In this document: positions 29,548 to 43,551 of the stretch, one piece after another
How positions within the stretch are numbered: the stretch's first letter is position 1
Layout of the letters: every line of letters starts with the position of its first letter
From: Octopus sinensis
Lineage: Eukaryota
Assembly: GCF_006345805.1 (NCBI RefSeq)
Contig: NW_021832246.1
Span: 1-61,815 of the forward strand
Direction: 5' to 3'
Length of the DNA: 61,815 bases
Notes under the pieces: model-generated
The model's database searches: none
Told to the model about the DNA's origin: nothing
What the model saw: the letters and a program-made list of their open reading frames with translations, nothing else
Translations under genes and position numbers: made by a program

Positions 29548-30434
29548 TGTATGTATGTATGTATGTATGTATGTATGTATGTATGTATGTATGTATGCAT
29601 GCATGCATGTATGTATGTATGTATGTATGTATGTATGTATGTATGAATGTATGCATGGATGCATGCATGCATGCATGTATGTATGTATGTATGTATGTAT
29701 GTATGTATGTATGTATGCATGCATGCATGCATGTACGTATGTATGTATGTATGTATATATGTATATATGTATGTATGCATCGCTGTATGTATCGCTGTAT
29801 GTATCGCTGTATGTATTAATATATGCATTCATGTATGTATGCATGTATGTATTTATATATATATGAATGTATATATGTATGAATTTATGTATGCATTCAT
29901 ATATGCATGCATGAACGTATGTATGTCTATCTACATTCTTGGATTATGGAATGTATGAACCTATTTGGTATTGCATCGAATTTTGAGCGACTGCTTGGAA
30001 AACGTATGGCGAAGTAGATGCCGGACCTGACAGCATACGGAAGAAATTAAGGGACTGTACAAATCAGAAGTAGCATCTTCCAAGGGGACTACCTGTCCCC
30101 ACTGATCTTTGTACTGTGCTTCATACCACTAACACTGATTCTAAGGAAAGCAAAATGTTGGGTCTATATACAAAAGCCGCCAACAAAAAGTCAACCATCT
30201 GTTATTCATGGATTAGACATGTTTATAATCACTTACATTATTGCGAATAAACGGAGAAAAAGTGATACCTGAAGATTTATCGGTCTAAATTGGATTTTGT
30301 AAGGAAGGGCTTTTCTTACAAACTAAATCATTTTCAACCTATTCCGCCATCACTGCCATGGCATTATATTACTTATTCCTTAGCGTATTGAGTTTTTCCA
30401 TGAAATATAATTAAAGTTGCCATATGTCAAAGAA

Positions 30435-30507
<73 letters not shown>

Positions 30508-30541
30508 TAACAACAACAGCAACAACAACAACAACAACAAC

Positions 30542-30596
<55 letters not shown>

Positions 30597-30699
30597 GATA
30601 ATAATAATAATAATAGTCAAGTAGGACGTGTTTTAAATTAAATTGCATTCGTCAGAAATAAATATATCGTAAATAACATATATTGAAATGCTTAAAACA

Positions 30700-31460
30700 T
30701 ATAAATATGCGATTGATTTTTCTACAAATAATACAGATATATTACCATTGATGATACGAGGGATAAACTCTCCAGATTTAGTTTAGTGTTGATGTAATGT
30801 GTACAAGTTGAGACAATTTTCAAAAGGGTAGTGTCTCGACTCTTCAAACGCGAAACTAAATTTCGTGGTTATTCCAGTAAAGATGCAAAATATTTGCCAA
30901 AAACAGAATTGGTTCTACAGCAAGCTACGTTGCCTCAATAATCTTAACATATCTCAACAAAATAGCTTCAAACACGACAAACCTAAAAAAAAAAGTTACT
31001 TCGGTATATAACACTACTCTCTGCAGTTAAGAGTAACTAAATCGTGAGAAGATATATCAGATATCTACAGTAAAAAGGTTTTAAAATGGATATCAATAAA
31101 CGGTCTTTCATTAATACAAAACTGTATCGCTATCAGAAATAATACACTGTTTAAAATGAATAAATAATAAAAACGCTGTACGTTGCAACTTCTGGACCAG
31201 AAAGAAAAACTATTCATAATTTAGAAAATATATTAATAACATCGATTATCTGCTTTGGGTATATCATACAGCTGTCGTATACTCCAGATAGGTCTGCACC
31301 ATAAACAGAATGGAAATCAATTTTTTGTAATCAACAAATATTAATAACACTTCTAAATGCAATAAATAATTTCTGTATAGGTTTGTCAAATTGTTCATAC
31401 ACACCAATATTCAAGAAACCTTTAGAGAATATTCTAGTCCCAACAGAAAGCTGTGAGACA
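30700..31460 (+). mobile_element. Possible highly decayed mariner-like relic
   Basis: SYTPDRSAP near 31276-31302 resembles PYSPDLAP; little other support. Confidence 0.3.
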
Positions 31461-31709
31461 TTGCCAGCTGATTATCGCAGGATATGTTCACTTGAAATTG
31501 CTTTCTAATGTATACGACAAACTAAATTTAATTCCCCGCCATATATACAGTTGCTTGTATTCCCAGGAATATCCTGGCGTATCAATTTCTATCTGTCTGT
31601 CTGTCTGTGTGTCCATATGTCTGTCTGTCTGTCTATCTGTCTCTCTGTCTGTCTCTCTCTGTCTCTCTCTCTCTCTCTCCCCCTCTCTCTCTACACACAC
31701 ACATATATA

Positions 31710-31813
31710 TTTCAAATTTACAGAAAACAGAAGACGAAGACGTGTAAGGGAACAACAAGCAGGTGCATTAGTTTCACGCTCGGGAAGAATGGAAGAGTCT
31801 TTGACGTTTCGAG
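31710..31813 (-). mobile_element. Partial copy of the 58376-58565 repeat
   Basis: Reverse complement CTCGAAACGTCAAAGACT...TTCCCGAGCGT.AAACTAAT matches 58464-58560. Confidence 0.75.
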
Positions 31814-32054
31814 ACTATATATATATATATGAATATATATATTGGTCAGGGTACGTTAGAGGTTATGACAACAGTCTGAGAGATAACTGGTATTCTATGA
31901 ATCCACTGGTGTATTACGTATATTTAATAATGAGCATTGGTGTTAATGCTCATAAATGATAGTTAATGACAAAAATAAACTAGATTTTGTCAATTAATAT
32001 ATGATGTAAATCATTTGTTATCCATTAATTGTATCTCTATTTTCTGTTTTCCTT

Positions 32055-32085
<31 letters not shown>

Positions 32086-32092
32086 ATATATA

Positions 32093-32124
<32 letters not shown>

Positions 32125-32187
32125 ATGTATATGTGTGTGTATATGTTTATATATATATATATGTATACACATACACACACACACACA

Positions 32188-32222
<35 letters not shown>

Positions 32223-32224
32223 CA

Positions 32225-32680
32225 TAAAGTGGATCAGGGTATTATATGCCAAAACCTGCGTGATCTCGGCATAGCTAGAAAGCTTCGAACGTGGTTACGT
32301 GACTTTCTGAAAGATAGAAGTCAGGCAGTAGTGGTCATTGGAACCACCTCAAAGCAAAGACAAATAGGGAGGCGTGTTCCACAGGGCACTCACTGCCTTA
32401 GGACCACTGCTTTTCATAATGATCCACTCAAGTATGCCTTCAGCTACCCGGATAGCCATTAGCTACGCAGACGATACGAATGTCTCGCAGAAAATACAGA
32501 ACCCCTGAGATGATGCTTACCTGCAGCAGGAGTTGGACGCAATTTACATATGGGCTGAGAACAATAATATGCAGGTTAATGCTGAAAAATTCCAAGCCTT
32601 GCGCTACCAGCGTCCAAAACTAAACTTACAGGATAAACTGGTCCACAGGGGATAACAATCGCAGACCCTAAATCAGTGAT
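32225..32680 (+). pseudogene. CR1/L2-like reverse transcriptase remnant
   Basis: KVD.GI...W..DFLKDRSQ.V...VPQGT..LGPLLF...YADD motifs with frameshifts. Confidence 0.85.
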
Positions 32681-33210
32681 ATCTTATCCCTTTTAGTATA
32701 AAAAACTTTCTCATAGTTGCTAAGAACTACTACCAATCCCAACAGTAACCTTGTATCTTGTCATTGCTATTGTGGCCTGCATCTGCCCTCTCCCTATTAA
32801 GTTGGCACATTCGAACACACAGATACAGTCTTTTCAGTTCTTGACCGTTAGTTCTTGCTATCTCTCTCTCTCTCTGCCTTCCACACACACATTCATGCAT
32901 TCAAAGACGCACACACACACACATTAAGACAATTTTACACACTCATACATACGAGCACTCATTCATAAAATAAATCAAATATAAACACCAGTCATACAGA
33001 ATACATTCCCTCTCTTTAATTTTCCTATACCTTCCTTCTCCTACCTTGATTCTACCCTTGAACTATTTCAACGGACAATTTCTCCTGCTTTCAACCAATC
33101 TGGCATCACCCCCTATAAATAGTCATTATTTATCATTATCTTTATGGGCTCCTCGTGAGCAGTCGTCGAAAAGCTTGTTGTGCATTTTGTTGGAGAATTA
33201 AGTTCCTGGA

Positions 33211-33294
33211 TTTTCCTGAAGAGAAAGCTGCATAATGGACTCCTTATTCACTCGGAATTAGGGACTTTGCAGACTTCGAAACATATGTCGAAAA
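33211..33294 (+). ncRNA. Type I hammerhead ribozyme, apparently intact core
   Basis: TTTTC-CTGAAGA-G[long stem II]C-GAAAC-ATAT-GTC-GAAAA. 5-bp stem I, G-C closing stem II, palindromic ACATATGT stem III, GUC cleavage triplet. Confidence 0.8.
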
Positions 33295-33619
33295 TAAAAT
33301 AAAGGAATTTTGTTAAATCTTCGTTCAGCTCCATTCTTTCCTATACTTAATATATAAAACTTCAAATTTCCGCACTAAGACACGGATTTTATGCCCTATG
33401 GTCGTAACTTCAACCGTGCTTTTTCTGTTGTGAGTTTGCTACCCAGGTATCGGTTATCTTTCGAATTATCCGTAATAAGATAATTCATTTGTCTACTTTA
33501 ATAATACATATATATATATATCTTTGAGAAATGAGTAAGTTACCACTAAGTTACCAGGCATCTACCACTTGTTTTATTGTCTAATAAGACACACACATAT
33601 ATACACACACATATCCATA

Positions 33620-34235
33620 TACGGTCCAGAGAAGAAGGTCTCGTCATTCCTCTTTTCTCCTCCTTTGTACGGCCACACATTGAATGCGGCTGCCACCTGT
33701 GGTCTCACCATACAAAAGTAAACATTTCGAAGATTGAATCACTCCAGAGGGCAATCTAAAAGAATCAAGGGCACAAATGATCTCGATTATTGTGACTGCC
33801 TTAAAGCATTGAAACTCTATTCTCTCCAGCGCTGCTGCGAGCGATACATCATTTACACGATGTAGAGAATATACCACCAGCATTGCCCAAATGAGCTCGA
33901 CATTAGTTTCAGAATTCATCCAAGCCTAGGACCAAGAGCCATACGTCCCCTATCTAATTCAGGATCACAACACATAAATACAATTTCTGTTCCTAAACAG
34001 GCCCTACCCTATTTAACATTGTCCCAAAACAGACCAAAGAGGAAAAGGGTCCCATTACCTTTAAACAGAATCTGGACAAAATTCGTCAAGGAATACCAGA
34101 TATGCCACCCATACCTGGATACAACTCCCTTCCAACAAGAATTCCTTACTCGAATGGACCATGATGTCACAAAACTTGACATTAAAAAGATTTAGCAAAT
34201 TCTTATCAGGTGGTGCTAATAAGTTAGACATAGCC
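33620..34235 (+). mobile_element. CR1/L2-like LINE 3' part (continuation of 32225-32680)
   Basis: LFSSFVRPHIE.GCHLWS..KIESLQR and LKLYSLQR..ERY motifs; 3' end homologous to 42397-42635. Confidence 0.8.
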
Positions 34236-34239
34236 TGCA

Positions 34240-34535
34240 CATGCAACGGCTACAAGTCGAGAGCTCCGCACACCGGAGGCCAGCAAGTGTCTGAGATCAT
34301 CAGGAGAGAATGCTCGCCGTTACGGGGCCTACCTTTCATCACTGCGCACCGGAATCCCTCATGATATGAGGCCCGGCTTGCTAGATCAACTGGTTACCAA
34401 ACGAAGCTCAGTATTTATCTAGCCATCACTTATTGTTGCTTCTTAAACAAAACCAGTAGCTAGCCTTTTCCACTGTAGTTTGGATATCGGTCACGGTGGT
34501 AGAGTTAGGCCTGACAACAGCAGTTGTCTCACATT
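34240..34535 (-). mobile_element. Possible HERO/NeSL-type RLE LINE 3' end
   Basis: IQTTVEKASYWFCLRSNNK*WL resembles the AExASxWLWxxR terminus; followed by a GC-rich UTR. Confidence 0.45.
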
Positions 34536-34592
34536 GTGTCCAACAAACACACACACACACACACTCTCTCTCTCTCTCTACACACACACACT

Positions 34593-34625
<33 letters not shown>

Positions 34626-34637
34626 ATGTGTAGATAG

Positions 34638-34668
<31 letters not shown>

Positions 34669-35252
34669 GATAGATAGTTTCATATATGTAAACTTGTATA
34701 TTTACACACATATATACATGTCTGCGTGTGTATACATAAGTATATATTTATGTTTGTATTTAACTACCCAACTGTATGTATATGTGTTGTTTCTGTGCGT
34801 CCGTGTATGTCCCTGTGCGTGTGTGTGTGATGTGTGTGTATGAGCGTATGTCGGCTTGTAAACACACAAACATGTGTAGCATAACATGAGCACGATAGGG
34901 TTTCTATGAGAAGGGGAGATAAGCACTGAAACAACAGTTAGGAGTGAGTGCAATCACGTTCGTGTAGCGATAGGTAAGACACATACTTAAAAACAATATG
35001 GATTATCTTTATAATCTCGATAAATATCTCGTGGATGCATTCCGTTCTTAGACGATTCCAAATAAGACGAGGAACACATGATGCCGAGATTCCACCAAGA
35101 ACATTAGAACAATATGGCGAAGACAAACTTCTATTGATTTTCTTATTTGTTTCAAGAAAACGAAATCATCATTCCATTACTTACGACTAATCTACTCTCC
35201 TTTCTCGAATATGAATTCTACATATGTATGTGTGTACGTATATATATATTAC

Positions 35253-35312
<60 letters not shown>

Positions 35313-35372
35313 CATATATATATGTGTAAATGTAAATTTATGCATATATGTATGTGTATATAAGTGTGTGTT

Positions 35373-35403
<31 letters not shown>

Positions 35404-35533
35404 CATTGTAATGTAGATTTATGCATATATGTGTGTGTATGTGTATATATTATACGTAAATACATATCTATCTATCTATATATGTTTATACATAGATACA
35501 TATATGCACATGCATATATATATATATATATGT

Positions 35534-35571
<38 letters not shown>

Positions 35572-35580
35572 TATATATAT

Positions 35581-35611
<31 letters not shown>

Positions 35612-36369
35612 GTATGTATGTATATTGTATAATGTCTGCCATTGAAAAAGTATAGATGCGTATGATTATTGAATTTGCATGCATGCATAGATTTAGAGAG
35701 TGCGAGAGGGAGAGAGAGAAAGAAATATATGTACATGGATGCATGTGTGTGTGTGTGTGTATTTATTTATACACGCATACATAATTGGCTATCTACATCG
35801 CAGTTTTGTCTATATTAGGCAAATATAGACTCCCTTTCAAATCAACTTGAATTACAAATTCAATCTCCATTTTCATAAGTCGAATCCAATCGAAATCCCT
35901 CGTGACGTAAAACAAATTACGGACATAGTTGCTTTCCTTCGTTTTTCTTATTTTTCCCTTTCACAATACTCTTTCTTGTCTTCTTTCTTTATTTGCATAT
36001 TTCTTTATTTCTCCAGAGTCTACCTTCGTCCTATTCGCTTCACTATTTCTCCCTACCGTAATATGTCCATTAGCAATTTAAGAAAAGTGGTGACCGTAAT
36101 TTCTTCTTTGACCTCATATATTCATGCATATTGTGGATACATAAATACATACATATAAGTATATATATGTATATATATGTATATATATGTATATATATGC
36201 ATATATATGTATATATGTATATATATGTATATATATATATATATATACATATATACATATATACATATACACACACATATATATATACATATATATGTGT
36301 GTGTGTTACATACACTATATTATATATATATATATATATATATCTCTTATATATATACTCTTTATTTTG

Positions 36370-36545
36370 TTTCTTTTATTCTTTTATTTATTTCACTCAT
36401 TGGACTGCGGCCATGCTGGAGCACCGACTTTAGTCGAAAAAAGCGACCCAGAACTTATTCTTTGTAAGCCTAGTACTTATTGTTTCCGTCTCTTTGCCGA
36501 ACCGCTATGTTACGGGGACGTAAAGACACCAGGATTGGTTCGGAG
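36370..36545 (-). mobile_element. S1 SINE 3' tail
   Basis: GACTGCGGCCATGCTGGAGCACCG...TAAGCCTAGTACTTAT is the reverse complement of the S1 tail. Confidence 0.8.
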
Positions 36546-37575
36546 GGGATGACACATACACACATACACACACACACACACACACACATATATACTACTT
36601 ACCACACTGTCACGACTATGCATATATATGTTTATATGTATATATATAAGTATATATATATAATATATATATATGTGTATATATATATATATATACATAT
36701 ATACATATTCATGCGTGTGAGTGTGTATGTATGGATATATATATATATTCATATATTAGTTGTTGATAACTATATACATATGTATGTAAATATATATATA
36801 TATATATACATTTATATATGTATATATATATTCATGCGCGTGAGTATGTGTGAATGTATATATATATACATATATACATATTCATGCGTGTGAGTGTATA
36901 TGTATAGATATATATATATTCATATATTAGTTCTTTATATCTATATACATAAATCTATGTATAAATGTATTTATATGTATTCATGTATACATACTCAGAC
37001 ACCCATATAAACAAATACGTGTATGTAGTCATATAATATATACATGTATATACATTCATTTGTGAGTGAACTTTGTGTATGTGTGTGTGTGTGTGTGTGT
37101 ACGTGTAGAGTTTATATATACATATATACATGTAGTACAGTGCTGGAGAGTAACATACATGAATGCCCATTGCAAATACTGTTCCTGCAGTAAGTTAAAC
37201 GTTGTTTTAATCCACAAAGGCCTCGACCAATTAATGACTGCTAAGATATTAGCGGGAGGATGGGTAGGGCAGAACGTCGAGGGTGTCGTGGAGGATGGAG
37301 AACAAGGAGAAATGGTGTTAGTTTTGTCTTTATTGTTTTCGCTTTGTCATTGTCTTCTGTAAAATTCTTTGGCGTCGACTACCACGTCGATCTTCCTTTC
37401 TTCTTCGACAGCACCAATAGGACTTGACTATTTAACTTCCGGTTCATTAACTTATTCGCTATCACGCCAATCATTAGCTTTCTAGCCTCAAGTCGGTATT
37501 AGCCTGGGAATCAATGAAAGATACGTGTGTGTGTGTGTATGTGTGTGTTTATCTATACACATATGCATGTATATG

Positions 37576-37629
<54 letters not shown>

Positions 37630-37688
37630 GGGTATAGATATATTCAAATGTCTCTGCATACATGTATACGTGTATATATATGAATATA

Positions 37689-37749
<61 letters not shown>

Positions 37750-37871
37750 TTCATTAAAGTATAATTGCACATTGATGAATATATATATATATACTTTTAT
37801 ATACATGCATATATATAATATAATTGCACGTACATATTCAGGAATGCATGTATGTATATACATACATATAT

Positions 37872-37911
<40 letters not shown>

Positions 37912-38674
37912 ATATATATATATATATATAAATATATATATATGTATATATATGTGTGTGTGTATTATGTATGTATGTATGTATGTATATATACATAAAT
38001 CGATATCCGTATGTCTATAAGTGAAAATGTATATTGATCTTAATGCAAATATTGTTACTACTCTTGTTTGATCACTTACATTTATGGCAGTGTGTATATA
38101 TTGTCTATGCAGTTATATGTATATATATGTGTGTGTGTGTGTGCATGTATGTACGTTTATGTATCGACACATAAGCGCATATGTTAGTGTGCGCCGCGAG
38201 TATGTGGCGTGACATCGTTTGAATTTAATCGCCGTGCCGTCTCGCCACGTAGGATTATTGAACAAAGCGTTGTGGATACTCTTACCTGTTAATTGGGCGT
38301 TTCAAGTAGCCTGGAAGAAAAATAGTGTTATTGTTAATAAAGCTGGGTGGAAAAGAGACGATGTGAGTTTTACAACGGACACACAAGGCAATTGAAGCAG
38401 AATCTAGAACGTCATCAAACACGAGCCTGAAAACAATTACGTCTTTAGTAGAGACTTCAATGAAAGTATGTGTAGACTGTTGAAGAAACCGTAAGTTCCT
38501 TTTGTCATATTAAGCAATCGTTAAAATTGGAGAAATACTATATGTAGTAATATTACGAATATGTTTATCTCTCTCTCCCTTTCTCTCTCTATCTCTCTTT
38601 GGCTCTCTTTCGCACGAACAGACTCCCTTCCATAAACACACACACGCGTGTATATATATTTATGTCTGTGTATT

Positions 38675-38870
38675 AGTGTGTGTTTGTCCCCAATCCCCAC
38701 TGGACAACCGGTCTTGGTAACTAAGCGTTTCGTCAAAGAAAATCTATAGAATCAGCACGAGGCTTAAGAAGTAAGTCTTGGGGGTCGATATGTTCGACTA
38801 AGAAAAAACCCTTCGAGACGGAGCTCCAGCAAAGCCGCAGTCAAATGATTGAAATAAGTAGAGGAATAAA
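38675..38870 (+). mobile_element. S1 SINE 3' tail (diverged)
   Basis: TTTGTCCCC...GGGGTCGAT.TGTTCGACTAA...GCTCCAGC...GCCGCAGTCAAATGA. Confidence 0.75.
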
Positions 38871-38884
38871 ATAATAATAATGAT

Positions 38885-38944
<60 letters not shown>

Positions 38945-38951
<7 letters not shown>

Positions 38952-39248
38952 ATCACGTGACCGAGCAGGCTAGCAGATGTTGCTACAACTCGCTGGTCAC
39001 AATGCCCTTTGGATTGTTTTAGCCTTCAAATGACGCCACCTCGCTGGCTAAGCGAACAGGCCTACAAAAGAGTGAGAGAAATTAGCGGCGAAAGAGTAGA
39101 GTAGGGATCGCCACCACCCCCTGCCGGAGCCTCGAGAAGATTTAGGTGTTTTCGCTCAATAAACACTCACAACCCCCTGTCTGAGAATCGAAACCACGAT
39201 CCTACGACGGCGAGTCCACTGCCCTAACCACTGGGCCATTGCGCCTCC
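38945..39248 (-). mobile_element. SINE S3 (head A + tail Y)
   Basis: Same head organisation as 15518; tail matches 48935-49045. Confidence 0.9.
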
Positions 39249-39266
39249 ACACACACACACTATCTA

Positions 39267-39322
<56 letters not shown>

Positions 39323-39354
39323 CATGTGTGTGTGTTTGTGTGTGTGTCTGTGTA

Positions 39355-39835
39355 CAGTAAGCCGTCGACAATTGCGGATGTACGTTCCAAAACCCCTCAC
39401 GATGGGTGAAAATCGGTGAAGTAGAAACCGTACTGTTTTTTTACTCATTTTTATTGAATATATTTATTTTATTATAAATGCAAAGCAATACCACCTACTT
39501 GCCTCCCGAGTTTCGTTTGCCATTCAGTATGGGAAAAGTTAGTTTACTCATCTATGATACAGGAAGTATCTTCTTTTTAATATATTTTAATTAATATGTT
39601 ATACAGTGCTGCATTCTACTCTATTTTTGTGTATTAATTTATTAATTTTTAGCCGTGAAAATTCTTATTTTACCACACAAATAATTAAAGTCTAACCAAA
39701 TATAAATAACTATCGGCCGCAGAAACCTGCGAGCTACTGAGTAGTCCGCAATATAAATGTATATATATTAGTCAGAAAAATCCGCAACGTACTGACTGCG
39801 CGATAGGTGAATCACGATATGCCAAGGGATTAATG
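39355..39835. mobile_element. Tigger/pogo-like MITE relic
   Basis: TA|CAGTAA.CC.TCG... and ...AGGGATTAATG|TA degenerate TIRs. Confidence 0.55.
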
Positions 39836-40016
39836 TATGTGTATGTGTGTATGTGTATGTGTGTATGTGTGCGTGTGTAGTTGAAAAAATATAGAGATCT
39901 ATAAAAATCACATTTTTATTATAAAAAAGATGGGGATGGAAATAACGCAGAATTAAGTCTAAGATATTTCAGTTTAAGAGGGAACTTAATAAAAGATTAT
40001 ATAAGTAAAATTATTA

Positions 40017-40054
40017 ATGTTACCGGTTTCGATGTAGTTGATCTTATCAAATAT
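40017..40054 (-). ncRNA. Degenerate minimal hammerhead
   Basis: Minus strand: ATAT-TTGATAA-GAT-caactac-ATC-GAAAC-CG-GTA-ACAT; two core substitutions. Confidence 0.45.
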
Positions 40055-40276
40055 TAGTAAAAACTTATAAAAATTTCAAAACTTTGAAGAAAAAGCAGTC
40101 TATCTTCTATCTCATAGTCAAGAACATGTCTGGAGATTTTTGGTTGAAGTCTTCATTATAAATGGTTTGATGTAGAGTTTAGAGTGTCAGAGAGTGAGAG
40201 AAGGGGTGTCTATTGTCTAAAAGAAATCTTTGTGCGTTTCTGAGGGAAGGGAGATATGTATGTATACATACATACA

Positions 40277-40368
<92 letters not shown>

Positions 40369-40524
40369 CATACATCGAACTCTCGCGTGCACCAAATGGC
40401 AATTGCTAAAAAGCATTCGTGAAGTAAAATCATGTAGCAACACCAAATGGCGGTGTCCCAGCATGGCCACAGTTTGTGAGCTGAAACTAGATAAAATAAA
40501 ATAAAAAATAAATAAATATATATT

Positions 40525-40558
<34 letters not shown>

Positions 40559-40596
40559 TATATATATAATATATATATATGTATGTATATATATAA

Positions 40597-40654
<58 letters not shown>

Positions 40655-40991
40655 AAAAAAATATATATATATTATATATATATATATAAGATATATATAT
40701 ATATAGATATATACATACACATATATAAGTATATATATATATATTAATAAATGAAATAAAACATATGCATATATATAAACATATATGTACGTACCTACCT
40801 CTACATGTACATATACACGCATATATGAGTACAGGACACCAAAGGGACGTCGAACATAAAGAGAAACGAAAACATAGACACAAACCAAAGGAACTGGACA
40901 TTTTTTAAAAACAACAAAAAATGGAGTACAGGACAATTAACACAAAGAAAAAAACCCTTCTTCAGTCGCTATGGTTTCATCTACTCTACGT

Positions 40992-41037
<46 letters not shown>

Positions 41038-41259
41038 AGCCAAATATGTATAATATCGGTGCTTATTAATATTAATATATACACTGATATATATTTTGTT
41101 TTATTTTGTTCTGTTTACCTTCCATTATTGTACCAATGAGTATTATATATTAATTGTAGCACTATGAAGTTTATGTATAAGTTTTTATATTTTACATTTT
41201 TATATTTTTATATTTATATGTATATGGTTAAATAATCTTTTTCACATTATAACAAATTT

Positions 41260-41375
41260 AATTCTCTGAAGAGGCCGTGGGGCATCCTTGTTATGCCTCA
41301 TTTATACCTGCCTTTATGGCTTATAGGTTAAATGAGGTATGACTGCCCTCACTGCCGAAACAGCTGTCAGATTTG
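41260..41375 (+). ncRNA. Type I hammerhead ribozyme, intact core with very long stem II
   Basis: TCT-CTGAAGA-GGC...GCC-GAAAC-AGCT-GTC-AGA. Stem II pairs GGCCGTGGGGCA/TGCCCTCACTGCC and GTTATGCCTCATTTA/TAAATGAGGTATGAC; palindromic ACAGCTGT. Confidence 0.85.
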
Positions 41376-42056
41376 ATTTAATTACATATTTATTTGAAAT
41401 TTTATACTTATATCTCTTTGTCTATTTACTCTTACTGTATATTTTGTATAATGCCTTTACTGATATGTAATGGTGTATTAAAGTATTGATTGGGTATCAT
41501 CTGATAGTTGATGTTTTATTGATTTAAGTATGTTTCTCCATTCTCTAATTTTGTAGTTATATATATATATATATATTATATATATATATAGTCTTATCAT
41601 ACACACACACACATATATATATACTACTAATATAGGATAAAACATTTTTCCAGAAAAAAATCATCAGAAGTGGCAGCATATTTGAAATACCTTTAAATGT
41701 TAAAATTATAAACAATTCATAAACAAGGGCGAAAGAAAAGTAGAAACAATTTTCTTTTGCCCTTGTTTATAAATTATATATATATGTATATATATATAAA
41801 CACATATATATCTGTCTGTCTGCATCTTCTGTACGGATTTCTCTACAACACGTGTGTCTGAAGAACTAAACAACGAAAGCCATTACATACAATTCGAAAA
41901 CATCCGCACCGATTGCTCGAGTCAGTCTGTTTTCCTAAGATTTAAAAAATAATATTCAATATATACTTTTTTTTGTATATATATTAGACAAGAGTTAACA
42001 AAGCGAAGGCTGTGTGGAGTTTTCAGGACATTTATATGGAAGAAGATATAGATATA

Positions 42057-42104
42057 GTCTTACAGTTGTTTCTAGGATATTATAGATATACCTTCATCAG
42101 AGAC
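42057..42104 (-). ncRNA. Compact hammerhead-like motif
   Basis: Minus strand: GTCT-CTGATGA-AGGTATAT..ATATCCTA-GAAAC-AACT-GTA-AGAC. Confidence 0.65.
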
Positions 42105-42240
42105 GATGTGAGATGGTTAAAAAGAGGTAAATGTTTGAATTCGAAATAGGGAATTATTTTGGAAAATCAGGAGATAGGGAATGTACGGGGAAATGAGAGA
42201 ATGAAAGTAGAAATAAATATATAATATTGTATTTATATAC

Positions 42241-42285
<45 letters not shown>

Positions 42286-42345
42286 GTGTGTGTGTGTGGA
42301 TGTATATATATGTGTGTGTATCTATCTATCTATCTATATATATAT

Positions 42346-42396
<51 letters not shown>

Positions 42397-42397
<1 letters not shown>

Positions 42398-42635
42398 GTC
42401 CTGCCCTGTTTAACTTTGTCCCAAAACTGATTTAAGAGGAAAAGGATCCCATCATCTTTAAGGAATACCAGATGAGCCACTCATACCTGAATACAGCTCA
42501 CTCAAAAAGAACTCACTACTTGAATGGATCATAAACAAAACTTGACTTAAAAAGGATTTAGATAATCCTATCAGGTGGTAGTATTTAGTTAGACATGGCC
42601 GTGACCAATCTTTGGTCGAAAGATATCTAAGTTTT
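42397..42635 (+). mobile_element. CR1/L2-like LINE 3' stub
   Basis: Homologous to ~34000-34235; terminal hairpin GACCA-ATCTT-TGGTC. Confidence 0.75.
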
Positions 42636-42643
42636 CTTAGTTT

Positions 42644-42761
<118 letters not shown>

Positions 42762-43098
42762 CATATTTATATAATATAATCTCAATTCAGTTCATATTGT
42801 TCTTGGTGTTGTTGCTGATGTTTATATTTGGTGTGATTGAAGCGTCTCTTTTCAAAACGGTACGTGATGGAATAGTATGGTGATGGTTGACTGCTGCCTG
42901 GTAATCTATTATGTAATTAGTAAATGCCCTCTTCCTTCAATTTTAGTATCAGGAGGATTAAAACTTTAACTAATTAACTAATGTCTCCTTTGTCATATAT
43001 TTTTCTTTACACGCCATGCCGTCATCTTTGATTTCCTCCTCGTTTCCTCTCTTCCTCCTCCCTCTCACGTTTATCAGATGTTTCAATATTATTTAACA

Positions 43099-43542
43099 CT
43101 AGCAATATAGCCCAGCGTTGCTCGGGTTTGTTTTTTATTTGCGCTTAAAACGGCAGACTTTGATGTCGCGTTTACAAATTTTTGACACAGTTTCAATCTT
43201 TTTTGAAAAGTAAAAATTCTGCATTATTTAGCTTGTTATTCTCTTTAAGTGAACATTTTTCTGGTCGAAATACACCGAAAAATGGCGACACAGCAGTTAA
43301 AAAATCGTAAAATATAAGGCTTTTCATAGAAAAAAGCATCTTTTTAATGTAAATAATTTTTGGTCTTAACATGGTCCGATTTGAATTTTTTCTTCTACGG
43401 AATGAAGAGCAAGCCTAACTTACTCTCAATCTTGGTCAAATTGCGCCGCAGGGTCTCGGAGGAGATAGTGTTAGTTGAAGGCTACCAAACCTGCCACACA
43501 CACACACACACACAGAGACAACTTTAGCTTTGTATGTATAGA
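43099..43542 (-). mobile_element. Non-autonomous Helitron
   Basis: Minus strand begins TC and ends CTAG, inserted between A and T; subterminal hairpin CCCGAG-CAACG-CTGGG; internal (CA)n near the 5' end. Confidence 0.8.
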
Positions 43543-43551
43543 TTAAATCCA

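Noticed and set aside
40945-40996. Type II hammerhead on the minus strand (also 58775-58825)
   Set aside because: GAAA and CTGANGA are present but stems I and II do not pair.
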